A program made the position numbers and the translations under genes. Positions 62,836 to 64,000 of a stretch of 64,000 bases of DNA are shown here, piece after piece. The first letter of the stretch is position 1. Each line of letters starts with the position of its first letter. Source of the stretch: Octopus sinensis (Eukaryota); assembly GCF_006345805.1 (NCBI RefSeq), contig NC_042997.1, positions 87,916,001 through 87,980,000 of the forward strand. The letters are read 5' to 3'. Under the pieces are notes generated by a model. The model did not search any database, was not told the DNA's origin, and was given only the letters and a program-made list of their open reading frames with translations.

Positions 62836-64000
62836 TATGTTTCTGTAGAAGTCAGCAACAAATCAGAGCTGAAGTATTTTCAGGCACTGAAGAAGAAACT
62901 TAATAACTGTGATTGATACATATTTATCAATATTGTAGATATTAGGTTGCCTTTGAAAATCTTCAAAGTTATGAAATTTATTGCAAAGGTTTTAACTGTA
63001 TTATTCATTCAGAATGAAAGCTAGTGCAAGACATGTAGCATTTGCTTTAATTGCTATTGAAAAACATTACACTGTTGTGTCCCTTTTAGAATATGTTGTG
63101 GTGGTCTTAAGCAGTGAAAGCCTAGTGTGACATCTTATGTTTGCATTTCTTTGTGTGTTGAAGTTTAAAAAGTACATCTGTATAAGAGTTTTTATTTTTT
63201 TATTTTTGAAGGAAAAGTAGCAAATGGATTTACAGAACAATGAGTCTAAGGAACACCAAAGTTCATAGAATATAGGTTGAAGTTATCCTTTGACACACAT
63301 TGTAATGGATCAGTCTGGTACAGAAATTCCTATCAAGAGATGAGAGACAGAAAGATCCATCAGAGAGCTCCTTACTTAGGAGGTTCTTTAGCCAGATATG
63401 TTCAAAGGCTTTGCTTATGTCAAGAGTAACAACATTACTTTGGATAAGGTTCTAAAGGATAAGATACTACTGGTGTGTGATGTAAGGAAACAAGTTTGTA
63501 GATGTGGCTCAGTGGAAACTGCTTATTGTGACTGAAGAGAAAGAGAACTGGAAATCATGACAAGTTGTTGTTTAGACTGTTTCTAACACCTTTTTGATGT
63601 GCTGTAAGTGAAAACATTAGATCAATAGTTTGCAAGATTTGAGACAGGGGCTGTTTTGGGAAAATAACATGATCATATGTTTCTAAAGCTTAGGATTCTT
63701 TCATTTTCACTAGTCTGAATGAGGCTGGCCCATTAAAATAGAAAGAATGAAAAATTTGGCAAGGATAAGCTAGCTTTAGAGTACACTTTAGGGTAATGAG
63801 AAGAGCATTATCAGAATCATTAATCATGTTTGAGTATTTTTTTTTATTTGTGGTGGAACAAGTGGAGTGAAGAATGAGAATTTAAGGAAGGTTTTGTTCT
63901 CTCAGTGCTGCATAGAATTGCAGGCAGACTAGGCTACAAACATAGTGGCTTAATGTTACATATGGTGTTGTCTTTAGTTCAAGAATTGATTGTAATTTGA

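Noticed and set aside
61900-63900. Possible exons after strong T-rich acceptors (61920, 63210)
   Set aside because: The sequence reads as decayed LINE 3' ends: CR1/Jockey-like on minus at 61900-62250 and RTE-like on plus at 63200-63560.
1-64000. CRISPR arrays, rRNA, operons or other prokaryotic systems
   Set aside because: No regularly spaced repeat-spacer array, no rRNA-like sequence and no dense coding. The window is eukaryotic repeat-rich DNA.

Overview
Very AT-rich eukaryotic DNA. The repeat families look like those of octopus/cephalopod genomes (my inference from recognition, not a search). I found no host protein-coding gene I can support, so the window reads as intronic or intergenic. 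It is largely a mosaic of 5'-truncated LINEs (CR1/L2-group, RTE, RTE-BovB), several tRNA-headed SINE families, Tc1/mariner and piggyBac-type DNA elements, Penelope-like element (PLE) pieces, and long (TA)n, (TAT)n and (CAT)n tracts. Most ORFs in the supplied track are microsatellite artefacts or transposon remnants. The most interesting signal is RNA-level. Four separate loci carry minimal type-I hammerhead ribozyme scaffolds: 21750-21869, 26533-26583, 30913-30997 and 50581-50626. Two of these loci are palindromes that would otherwise be called MITEs. One of them has a non-canonical core (GUGAACA instead of CUGANGA) that swaps the C3-G8 tertiary pair to G3-C8, and it is present in both arms of a 288-bp palindrome. 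Another sits in a GIY-YIG Penelope fragment directly behind a tRNA-like Pol III module. All coordinates were read by hand. No alignment, folding or database search was run.
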